A stretch of DNA of 64,000 nt from Saccharophagus degradans 2-40 (GTDB lineage Bacteria > Pseudomonadota > Gammaproteobacteria > Pseudomonadales > Cellvibrionaceae). Positions 27,901 to 35,466 of the stretch are shown here, piece after piece. The notes beneath the pieces were generated by a model. That model was not told where the DNA came from, did not search any database, and saw nothing but the letters and a program-made list of their open reading frames with translations. The stretch lies in the NCBI RefSeq assembly GCF_000013665.1, contig NC_007912.1, positions 4,399,684 to 4,463,683 of the forward strand, in the 5' to 3' direction. The stretch's first letter is position 1; each line of letters opens with the position of its first letter. The position numbers and the translations under genes were made by a program.

Positions 27901-30303
27901 CTCGGTAAATTTATTTGCACGCTTTTCTATACTTTTTAGTACGCGCTCTGCTGCGTCCGCTAACGAGTGTGCTCTGCGCTCGCGCTCGTCGAGCAAACGC
28001 TGCTTGTGGGACTCAAAGGTTTCGTAGATTTCTTCGCGCTTGGCCATAATATCGGCCAAAAACTGATCCAAGTGACTAAACTGCGATTCAAGCTCTTCCA
28101 ACTGCACCAAAAGGCGCGACATTTGTTCTTCGCAGCTTTCTGGGGTGGTAGCCAACCCAAGTGCGTTAGTAATACTTTGCGTAAATAATTTAAATTGGGC
28201 CGAGAACTCCGCCACGGCCTCTGCCGACCCCAAGCCCTTCTGTTTGTGTCGCGCGTCGGCTTTGCTTTGGTTGAGTTTCGAGTACACCTCGGAGATGGCA
28301 TCGATAATACGCGTACGTAAAGTCGCATCATCTACTTTTAATGTAGAAAGCAGTTCTGATAGCAAATCTAAGCCGCTGGCTGTTTTTTCTATCGTTTCTA
28401 AAACGGGCTTTAATTCGGCGATCGTTTGCGCCTCTTCTGCCTCAGCATTTAAGCTTTCTATTTTATCGTAGTAGGGTAATAACGCATTATCGCTAGAAAG
28501 AAACACAACCGTTCTTTCACTTAAGCTAGCCTGCGCCTGCTCGAGCTCTTGCCCCATTTTTTCTATAGCGGCCACATTGATGTAGCGATAGCTTTTTATG
28601 GTTGCTAAATGGCCGGCGTGCTGGCGCAATTGATCGAGGGCGTCGACATATTCCTCGGCGGTTTCCCAAGAGGACGAGCGAATAGCTTCAATTAATTTCT
28701 TGTGCTTAGAAGTGGCAGTAGCAAGTGCTTCGTCTGACTGCTTGCGAATACTTTCTACTTTGGCGAATTCATCAACCGCCAATTCCGCCGTTGCGGCTAT
28801 TTCGCGTAACTCGGTTTGAATATTAGTTAACCCTTGCTGAGTTTTATCTAAAACCCAGTAGTGATCATCGAATACTTTTAGGGCACTGCGGGCTAGTTCT
28901 TCATACACCCGTACCGATACCGATTGATTATTTACAGCACGGCAAATACTAAATAAATCGGAGATACCGCGCACAAGGGCAGCATTGCCTATGCGACCGA
29001 AAAAGGTTTGGCTTGCCGGTGCGTTGCTTGCAAATTCATCACTTACATAGGGGGTTTGCCATATTTGCATGGGGTGCACGCGCGTTGGTTCCCCTTCTGC
29101 AGAAAAGATAACCAAACGACCGTCGTCGGCTAAAGCGTAGCCGTGACCAAATATTGGGTTGAGCAATTTTTTATCAATCATGTTGTACGCCAATAGCGCT
29201 ACAACACCTTCACCCGGCTCATAAAACACATAGAGCACATCTTCGCCATTGGGCGAGCGAATGACACGCTTAAACCGCAAACCATCTGTTTGCTCTTCAA
29301 AGGTTTTGTACTCACCATTTTGTAAATAGTAGCCGCCGGGAAAAACGATACCGTGATCTTCAGGTAGCTGTACGCACGAAGCACCCACTGCATCTATGCG
29401 CTTTACACTACGGATTAGGGTATTAAATACGAAGTAACGCCATACAGTTTCTTTATATGGCAATACCTTAATAAGAATGAGGTCGCCTAGTTTGGCGTAA
29501 TGAAATTCTGCATCGTCGATAGACTGTGTTTTGTCTTCAACCGATTCGGAATAAATACCTTTACCATCTTCGGTATTATTTTCTATTTTTATAGTTAGGT
29601 CGCCGCCAACAGTTTCAACGAATACCTTATCTAAAATATTTACATGGGGATGGCGACCATGCACGGTATCTTCACGGGTGCATTGCGTCCATTCAAAGTC
29701 GTAAGCGGGGGGCAATTGAATATCGCGCTCACCGCGATTATCGATATATTCTACGGTATCGCCGGTGGCCGATACGGCCCAACGAAATACGCGAATATCC
29801 TCTAAGCGCTCACCAATTTGAAAGCCCATTAATAGCTTACCGTCTTTTACGGTTAGCTCGACAAGTTTGGTGGCTTTGTAGTAGCGATATAATTCAGAAA
29901 AATCTTGTTTGAAGCGAGTATCGGCTAGAAATGTACCTTCCTTACTCTGCTCATGCAGCTCTAACGCATCGCCCTCGCCCGTAAGACTAAATAACGCGAA
30001 TACATCTTCTACGAGCGTTTCTTTTTTAAGGCCAATAAAAACGTTATAGCCAAATAAAAGGTATTTACCTACCTGTACTATGTCGCGCGCAATACAGTTA
30101 TTTTCGGTGCGAACACGTACGCGTGCAGCTACGGTCATTTCTGAGCTGCCAAATTCATCCAAGCGTGCCTGGTTTATTTGGCGGGTGGCTTCTTCTAGCT
30201 TGTTTCCCTGCTCGAGCAAGCGTTTGCGAATAACCTCATAGGCTCCACCTTCTGCAACCGCATTATCCACGAGTTGTTCTTGCTCATTTATTTCTGCAGA
30301 CAT
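24967..30303 (-). CDS. Giant (1778 aa) protein with a beta-rich N-terminal region, a long central coiled-coil/alpha region and a C-terminal AAA+ ATPase (AAA_5/MoxR-like)
   Basis: Walker A is MMISPPGYGKTTLMEY. Walker B is NVMLYLDDIQH. Sensor/Arg region: VVMAGNPYTESGEVFKIPDMLANRADIY. A single uninterrupted 5.3-kb ORF. The rest is not recognised. Confidence 0.8.
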   Translation of the reverse strand: MSAEINEQEQLVDNAVAEGGAYEVIRKRLLEQGNKLEEATRQINQARLDEFGSSEMTVAARVRVRTENNCIARDIVQVGKYLLFGYNVFIGLKKETLVEDVFALFSLTGEGDALELHEQSKEGTFLADTRFKQDFSELYRYYKATKLVELTVKDGKLLMGFQIGERLEDIRVFRWAVSATGDTVEYIDNRGERDIQLPPAYDFEWTQCTREDTVHGRHPHVNILDKVFVETVGGDLTIKIENNTEDGKGIYSESVEDKTQSIDDAEFHYAKLGDLILIKVLPYKETVWRYFVFNTLIRSVKRIDAVGASCVQLPEDHGIVFPGGYYLQNGEYKTFEEQTDGLRFKRVIRSPNGEDVLYVFYEPGEGVVALLAYNMIDKKLLNPIFGHGYALADDGRLVIFSAEGEPTRVHPMQIWQTPYVSDEFASNAPASQTFFGRIGNAALVRGISDLFSICRAVNNQSVSVRVYEELARSALKVFDDHYWVLDKTQQGLTNIQTELREIAATAELAVDEFAKVESIRKQSDEALATATSKHKKLIEAIRSSSWETAEEYVDALDQLRQHAGHLATIKSYRYINVAAIEKMGQELEQAQASLSERTVVFLSSDNALLPYYDKIESLNAEAEEAQTIAELKPVLETIEKTASGLDLLSELLSTLKVDDATLRTRIIDAISEVYSKLNQSKADARHKQKGLGSAEAVAEFSAQFKLFTQSITNALGLATTPESCEEQMSRLLVQLEELESQFSHLDQFLADIMAKREEIYETFESHKQRLLDERERRAHSLADAAERVLKSIEKRANKFTEPDKMNAYFAADTMVHKVREFVEQLRELNAAVKADDIEAKFKAIKEQSQRVLRDKSDIYEGGGSVIKLGPRHKFSVNTQELDLTIIPRGEGLSCHLTGTDYFESIEDEALLALKPYWQVSLESESDTVYRAEFLAATIIRAAELQEAGLSLEKLNLTLQDENAALSLVREFATPRYKEGYEKGIHDHDAVKILQAIVPAMESADLLVFDPKSRGLAQVFWANIQRISDQLQNKRLTYETWGERAQSAARMREYFASNEAHQFLVDEVYAAMREFLTYHPIAAEDIELRRAADYLVCELGRERTEFIGSKYASLLTEELKRALDDDSWRRFQVALEKMMGWPAERWNLSCAWLAAMVKERKLTELERYIPEAAAMINADERIDRRPTEADLQLRIDGLMGDHKRIVDRRLSLAVDEFFLRLDYHRTVFVKGYREYLAVRQTIAERERNALRLQEFKPRPLSSFVRNRLINEAYLPIIGDNLAKQMGTVGENKRTDLMGLLMMISPPGYGKTTLMEYVASRLGLIFMKINCPSLGHDVLSLDPEQAPNATARQELNKLNLALEMGNNVMLYLDDIQHTHPEFLQKFISLCDGTRRIEGIWKGRSKTYDMRGKKFCVVMAGNPYTESGEVFKIPDMLANRADIYNLGDVLGGMDEQFAMSYIENSLTSNPVLAPLAARDIADVYLLIKLAEGKDVATTDLKHQYSGAEINEIVDVLRKMFAIRDVILKINQQYIISAAQADKYRTEPPFKLQGSYRNMNKMGEKVSAVMNNQELMQLIQDHYLGEAQLLTGGAEENLLKLAELRGNMTDEQTQRWQEIKADFLRNKAMGGDDADTGQKVVAQLVDLVQGVNHIATTAESRAQEMLAAANDDAAVKKAQRDSKLLRLALGKFGDGLNALASGLNKPAEAPKVEVVNQPVPGLDKILSVLAETIEHSIFPLVRSMDKKLDIDLRTHEKMSEVSSRLRELEAQVKNNRLDKPAT

Positions 30304-30426
30304 ACCTAACGCATCCCTAATTATTTGTATCGCTTACAGCTATTCTTTTGGTTTAGACGGCGGCATATTCAAATTGCCGCTTACATGGGCGAAGCAATAC
30401 TACCTTGCTCGCCCAATTGGCTTGTG

Positions 30427-30675
30427 TTAGCCAGATATGCCTTCGATTTTTTTCGACAAGGCTGCAAGCTTAGCCTTCATTGCATCATCGACTTCGGCAG
30501 GTTTTATTTTGGCGACAATACTGCGTAAAACCCGCACTTCATTCTGATCAATTTCGCCATCCTTTTCTGCAATGGCAATAATTTTACCTAGCTCTTTTGC
30601 ATCTAACTTGCCGTCATTTGCAAAACATTCTATTGAGCGAAAAGACATTTCTAAATAATCGCGTGATTCCGTCAT
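30427..30675 (-). CDS. Small TerB-like protein (two A-x-DG-x-hD-x-x-E-h-x-x-h repeats)
   Basis: The translation FANDGKLDAKELGKIIAIAEKDGEIDQNEVRVLRSIV shows a duplicated ADG...E...L motif typical of the TerB / DjlA-N fold. The RBS aaggaa is present. It lies directly upstream of, and co-oriented with, the giant AAA+ gene. Confidence 0.5.
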   Translation of the reverse strand: MTESRDYLEMSFRSIECFANDGKLDAKELGKIIAIAEKDGEIDQNEVRVLRSIVAKIKPAEVDDAMKAKLAALSKKIEGISG

Positions 30676-30698
30676 AATTTATTCCTTTTTAAAAATAT

Positions 30699-30947
30699 TT
30701 ATTTGCCTTTGGGGATAATTTCGCCTTCAACTGGGGCAGGCTCTGGCTGCACATCGCCGGTAAAAGTTTTGAGTAGGCTTTCACCAAAAATGCCCACTAG
30801 CGCCCCTACACCTGCACCCAGTAAAGCAGTACTGGCAGTTTTATTATTTTGCGCCCCGGCCAATGCACCTAAACCCGCACCAATTGCCGTTGCCACACCT
30901 ACATCTTTATTAATAACTTTTTTGGTTATATCCATATTTATTCTCAC
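30699..30947 (-). CDS. Glycine-zipper membrane peptide (GAGLGALAGA...GAGVGALVGIFG)
   Basis: GxxxG zippers and a C-terminal PEPAPVEGE tail. The true start may be the ATG at 30933-30935 (MDITKK). Confidence 0.5.
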   Translation of the reverse strand: MRINMDITKKVINKDVGVATAIGAGLGALAGAQNNKTASTALLGAGVGALVGIFGESLLKTFTGDVQPEPAPVEGEIIPKGK

Positions 30948-31033
30948 TCGTCGCGCAGCTGGTGGCAGGCTCGTGTTTACCGCTCACGCCCCTGCCACGC
31001 GCATTTCTGGCAACGCCGCTACATTTCCCGCGA

Positions 31034-32968
31034 CTATTGCTGTGTTTCTACCACTGGTGCCTTGGTTGCGGCCTGAGCACCGGCAGACATCGTCATTACT
31101 TTTTCAAGTAACGCTTGTATGGTGCCGCTTTTACCCGCTAAGCCATCTACCGCCTTACCTATAGAAAGTGACTTGGCAAAGTTATCAAAGAAGTGCTCTT
31201 CACCGCCCACAATATCGATGTGTGCTTTTTGCAGTGCAGTTGCCAATACTTCGGCATTTTCTTTCGCGATTTCTTTACCAGCTTCGATAGACGCCAATGC
31301 TTCTTGGAAGGCCGTTTCTAGCGTCATGCGGAACTCTTCGTGCTCGCGCGCGCTTTCGCTCATTTTGCCCATCGCGTCAAATTTCTCGACTAAGCCATCT
31401 GCTTCAGCTTTAAATTGCTCGCGCGTAACGTCTGCTTTGGCCAAACCGGTTTCGCGTACCGCTTTCGCTTCGGCGTCGCCTTTCATTGCAATTACATTCG
31501 CTTCAGATTCACCTTGCGACTGAGTAACTCGCGCTGTGGCCAGTCCTTCTTTCTCCATTGCATCGGCTTTGGCTTCTTGCACCTTCGCTTCTGCTAAGCC
31601 GTGTGCAGCTTCTTCCGCCTGAGTACCCTCTGCCAATTTCTTCTTCGAATCCGCTTCTTTTGCTGCGGCTTCGAGATTAGCTTGCGCTAGAGTAGTTATT
31701 TCAATGGCTTTATGTTTGGCAGCAGCTTCTTGTGCCTCTGCATCTTTGGTTATTTTAACTTTCTCTTCTTCCGCTTTCGCTTCTGCTGCAAGCACTTGTA
31801 CCTGCTTAGTGCGGTCAGCTTCAGATACTTCACGCACTTCTTTGATTTTCTCTTCTTCGATAGCAACAGTTTTATCTACCGCTACTCGCTCGCGCACAAC
31901 ATTAGCAATTTCTTTTTTCTCTACTTCAATTGCTTTTTCGGCTTCAATTCGCTGCAATTCTACTTCGCGTTCGCGCGCTACAACTTCGAGATCTCTTGCT
32001 CGCGTTACTTTTTCTATTTCAATCACTACAGCGCGCTGGCGATTTTGCTCTGCCACTTCAATTTCACGCTTTTGATTTTCCGATTGCACTTGCAGATCTT
32101 GCTCCACCATAATGGTGGCCATTTCTGCCTTTTTGCGCTCTTCTTCTTGCACGCGTTTAGTTTCCGCTTCTTCACGCGCTTTAATGGTTTCCACCTCACG
32201 CTTTTGGCGAGCTTCGGCATCTGCCTGCTGACGCTCAAGCTCTAGCATCGCTTCTACGGTAGATACGTTCTTTTTCTTAATGGCCAGCTCTTCGTCGCGC
32301 GAAAATATGTTGGTTTGAATATTTTGCGTAGCTGTTAGCTCGGTAATCTTGCGAATACCTTCTGCATCAAGAATATTTGCTGGGTCCAGCGCGCTTTTTG
32401 GCGTTTGCTCTAAGTAATCAATTGCAACATCTTCTAGAGCGTAGCCGTTTAGATCGTTGCCAATTACTTCAATAATTTTATCGCGAAATTGCTGGCGATC
32501 TTCAAACAATTTAACGAAATCTATTTGCTTACCTACGGTCTTCAATGCTTCAGAGAATTTAGCATTAAATAATTCGTGAACAGCGTTTTTATCCGATGCA
32601 CGATTAGCACCTAACGACTTAGCCACTTTTAGAACATCTTCTGGCGTTTCGTTTACGCGCAAATAAAACGCAACAGTTATATCTGCTCGCATATTATCGG
32701 CACAAATTAGACCTTCTTTACCGCGCCTATCCACCTCTAGGGTAATAAGCGAAATACGCATCAATTCCTTTTTATGGATAACCGGCAATACCCAGGCACC
32801 GGTAAAGAACACTTTTGGGCGTGCGCTCATGTCATTTTTTATTAACGCTACGCCTTGTTCTACTTTTACGTAGAAGGCTTTGAACAGAGCCATTACACCA
32901 AGCAGCACACCAAATAGAATGCCGACTCCAATCAATATTGCCATAAATAGCGGGGCATGTTCTGCCAT
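31034..32968 (-). CDS. yqiK: Flotillin-family SPFH/band-7 protein (YqiK-like) with a long EA-rich coiled-coil
   Basis: An N-terminal TM anchor, then an SPFH domain (…VALIKNDMSARPKVFFTGAWVLPVIHKKELMRISLITLEVDRRGKEGLICADNMRADITVAFYLRV…), then an extended E/A/K/R coiled-coil (EAEEKVK..., flotillin repeats). Confidence 0.85.
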   Translation of the reverse strand: MAEHAPLFMAILIGVGILFGVLLGVMALFKAFYVKVEQGVALIKNDMSARPKVFFTGAWVLPVIHKKELMRISLITLEVDRRGKEGLICADNMRADITVAFYLRVNETPEDVLKVAKSLGANRASDKNAVHELFNAKFSEALKTVGKQIDFVKLFEDRQQFRDKIIEVIGNDLNGYALEDVAIDYLEQTPKSALDPANILDAEGIRKITELTATQNIQTNIFSRDEELAIKKKNVSTVEAMLELERQQADAEARQKREVETIKAREEAETKRVQEEERKKAEMATIMVEQDLQVQSENQKREIEVAEQNRQRAVVIEIEKVTRARDLEVVAREREVELQRIEAEKAIEVEKKEIANVVRERVAVDKTVAIEEEKIKEVREVSEADRTKQVQVLAAEAKAEEEKVKITKDAEAQEAAAKHKAIEITTLAQANLEAAAKEADSKKKLAEGTQAEEAAHGLAEAKVQEAKADAMEKEGLATARVTQSQGESEANVIAMKGDAEAKAVRETGLAKADVTREQFKAEADGLVEKFDAMGKMSESAREHEEFRMTLETAFQEALASIEAGKEIAKENAEVLATALQKAHIDIVGGEEHFFDNFAKSLSIGKAVDGLAGKSGTIQALLEKVMTMSAGAQAATKAPVVETQQ

Positions 32969-32994
32969 GTTTATCTCCTTATATAAGCCTTTGC

Positions 32995-33675
32995 TTAATT
33001 ATTTAAAAAATCTTTTTCTGATATTACGCGGTAAGTATTACCTACAGCGTCGTATTCCAATAAAATTACTCTATCGCCACGGGCAAAGGTTTCATCCTTA
33101 TAACTCCGCACCTTTACGATTAAACCCGCACCACCATCTTCCACGGTGGCCTCGCCGAATGTTTTATCTACCCGACCAGTACGCACTATGCCCACCTGAC
33201 CCACAATGTGTTTTTCTACATGTTGATCTGCCTCTAAAAAAAGCGGCCTTAGCGGGCGTATTATTTGCGCAGTTACCATTGCCGACATGTAAAGCACACC
33301 AATAAAAATGGGTATACCTACAATAAACTCCAACAATGCCCCTGGCACCCAAGGGAAAACAAAATACACAACCGTAAAACAGGTAAGCCAACCTATTAGC
33401 GTAATAAGGCTTAACACAATAGTGAATGGCACACCGTTAAGACCAAGCTTAAGTAGCAGGCCCGCCATAACATTTAAGTTATCTATACTGTCTGCTGCAC
33501 CGCCGTCGTCTACGCCGAAGTTGAAATCTAACGCATCTATCTCGACCAGCCCTAACACCGCAAATATCCAATAGAACACACAAAATGCGAGCAGCACGGT
33601 AAAGATAACCGTCGGAAACGACGAACAAATCTCGTAAAACGGGTCCATGGTTTCTGTGAGTAGTGCGGCAAACAT
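32995..33675 (-). CDS. yqiJ: YqiJ/NfeD-like membrane protein (partner of flotillin; C-terminal OB-fold)
   Basis: Multi-TM N-terminal half plus a C-terminal beta-rich region (VGQVGIVRTGRVDKTFGEATVEDGGAGLIVKVRSYKDETFARGDRVILLEY). It is in the conserved position upstream of the flotillin gene. Confidence 0.6.
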   Translation of the reverse strand: MFAALLTETMDPFYEICSSFPTVIFTVLLAFCVFYWIFAVLGLVEIDALDFNFGVDDGGAADSIDNLNVMAGLLLKLGLNGVPFTIVLSLITLIGWLTCFTVVYFVFPWVPGALLEFIVGIPIFIGVLYMSAMVTAQIIRPLRPLFLEADQHVEKHIVGQVGIVRTGRVDKTFGEATVEDGGAGLIVKVRSYKDETFARGDRVILLEYDAVGNTYRVISEKDFLNN

Positions 33676-33735
33676 AGGGGCATCCTTCTAAGCAAAGTGA
33701 GCAAAACACTGCCCAGCAATAAAATACATCGATAG

Positions 33736-34425
33736 TTACGACTTTTTGTTTTTAAGTCTATCCAGCACATCCTGCGCTCTAGCACCGCTTGCTGCAATCC
33801 CTGCTTTTTCGAGCTTGTCTTGCAATGAGTCTTCGCGAGAGTCCTCTGCTAATTCGGCCGCGGCCTTAATTTGAGCAGATTTAAGCGCTTGCTTTTCTTT
33901 AATGCGGTCGAGCGAATCCATAGCGGTACGCAATTTAGAATTTGAGCCATTGTGACGCTCAGCAACCGCTACTTGCGCGCGCTGAACATTTTCGGTGGCT
34001 TTCACCGTATCTATTTGCTGCTTAATACGCTTTATATTTTGCTCGGCTGCTAAAATAGCTTTGCGCAAATCGTTAGCACTCGCCGCAAACTGGGCCGCCG
34101 ATTTCTTCTCGGTATCCAGCTGGTTTTCTAGGTCGGCTATTTTTTCGGCCACTTCTAGCGCTAATGCATCGTCGCCTTTTTCCATAGCTTTCACTGCATA
34201 ACCTTCGTATTCCGCAATGCTTTCGCCAATGCTCGACGCTTTTTCTTCCGCCAGCTTTTGGCGTGCCAAAATTGTGGTTAAGCCATCTTTAGAATGCTTT
34301 AACTCAGCCGTTGCGTCGCGAACTTCTTGATCGAGAATACGCAACGCCTGACTGTCAACAATAAGCTCGCCCGCTTCGTTTACACCGCCACGTAACGCAG
34401 TAACCATTTTGGACCAAATATTCAT
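33736..34425 (-). CDS. PspA/IM30 (ESCRT-III superfamily) protein, YjfJ-like
   Basis: The N-terminus MNIWSKMVTALRGGVNEAGE... matches the PspA/Vipp1 start. It is an all-alpha coiled-coil protein of 229 aa, downstream of a YjfI-like gene as in the E. coli yjfIJ arrangement. Confidence 0.8.
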   Translation of the reverse strand: MNIWSKMVTALRGGVNEAGELIVDSQALRILDQEVRDATAELKHSKDGLTTILARQKLAEEKASSIGESIAEYEGYAVKAMEKGDDALALEVAEKIADLENQLDTEKKSAAQFAASANDLRKAILAAEQNIKRIKQQIDTVKATENVQRAQVAVAERHNGSNSKLRTAMDSLDRIKEKQALKSAQIKAAAELAEDSREDSLQDKLEKAGIAASGARAQDVLDRLKNKKS

Positions 34426-34436
34426 GATGCTCTCCT

Positions 34437-34895
34437 CTAGCCTTTGGCTGCAATTGAGGGGGTTAAGTATTCGCCATACGCTTCAGTAGCATTTATTACA
34501 TTCGAAGCGAGGGTTTCTATTTCAAAAATAATGTTTGGCAAAATAGACGCTGCACTTAATGCGCCGAACATATGGTAATAATCTTTGCCGTCACTCAATG
34601 TATCCAAACTAATAGTGGATAGCGGGAAGTACTTATGGGTGCGCAAAATAGTATCGTTAAACTTGGCTATATCGCTCACCTCGTCGGCACCCCACAGTAC
34701 CGCCTCCACGATTATTTGCTCACCCGCCACAGTTAAAAACAAAGGCAGATCGCCGTATTCCAACATAACAATGTGAAGTGCAGGCTCTACACCATCAATA
34801 AGCTCTGCCGTGGCGCTGCCCGAGGTAAATAGCTCTTCATTTAGCAGTGCCTCATGCAGGCTCTGAGTAGTCCAAGTCTTAATCGGTGCTGTCAT
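34437..34895 (-). CDS. YjfI-like (DUF2170-type) protein. The ORF track gives a longer form to 35072 with a basic 59-aa N-terminal extension.
   Basis: An internal ATG at 34893-34895 is preceded by a strong RBS (aaaggagaagggg) and begins MTAPIKTWTTQSLHEALLNEE. It lies upstream of pspA-like as in yjfI-yjfJ. The extension MKAKSSAHYQREYRQRLRDMGLVKKEVWIL is in frame with no stop, so a fused N-terminal domain cannot be excluded. Confidence 0.55.
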   Translation of the reverse strand: MTAPIKTWTTQSLHEALLNEELFTSGSATAELIDGVEPALHIVMLEYGDLPLFLTVAGEQIIVEAVLWGADEVSDIAKFNDTILRTHKYFPLSTISLDTLSDGKDYYHMFGALSAASILPNIIFEIETLASNVINATEAYGEYLTPSIAAKG

Positions 34896-35089
34896 AACCC
34901 CTTCTCCTTTTCCGATAACGTTTACTGGTTGTGGTTGCCGCAACAGCTTCTCGTACACCGTTAGCTGCTTGGCGTTTGCAGGCAGTATCCAAACCTCCTT
35001 TTTAACCAACCCCATATCCCGTAGGCGCTGGCGATACTCACGCTGATAATGTGCAGAAGATTTTGCTTTCATGAATTAACCATATCAGA

Positions 35090-35146
35090 TTACATGTAAT
35101 ACGCAAGAAATTTTACATGTAATTAATTACAAATATTACATGTAAC
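35090..35146. promoter_or_regulatory. Array of three perfect 10-bp palindromes TTACATGTAA spaced 23-24 bp apart (putative operator)
   Basis: Copies at 35090-35099, 35113-35122 and 35137-35146. They lie immediately upstream of the yjfI-like/pspA-like operon and divergent from the MFS gene. Confidence 0.6.
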
Positions 35147-35466
35147 AAAAAATAGAGACCTATCTAATTGTTTATTAAAGATTTTTATATTACACAAGGA
35201 GAAGTTAAAAAAGCAGAATTAACCAAGAAGAGCGGTACATCCGGTGTTATTTTGCTTACAGCATCCCTGTGCGCTAGGGCCAACAATCTACCCACAGGCC
35301 GGCCTTTGTGCAAGGTAAATCAGAGGCTCCCAAGTAGTAATACCTCTAATTAATTCGCAAAACGAGAGATCTTTGCCCGCAAGCAACATTTCACCCTGCG
35401 TGCATCTAGCCCCGCAAACCAGCAACCATTACACTTGCCATCCGCTCCACAGGGATCAACTGAGCC

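Noticed and set aside
25254-28471. Short ORFs on both strands inside the 1778-aa AAA+ gene
   Set aside because: They are embedded in a single long ORF with Walker motifs. None has its own RBS or any motif.
31119-32245. Several plus-strand ORFs (134, 123, 177 aa) antisense to the flotillin gene
   Set aside because: The flotillin EA-rich coiled-coil DNA is low-complexity, so the antisense frames stay open by chance. The translations are Phe/Ser/Leu-rich nonsense.
34896-35072. Treating the 59-aa basic leader as a separate small regulator gene
   Set aside because: It is in frame with the YjfI-like CDS and no stop intervenes, so it cannot be an independent gene. It is kept only as an alternative long start in a finding.
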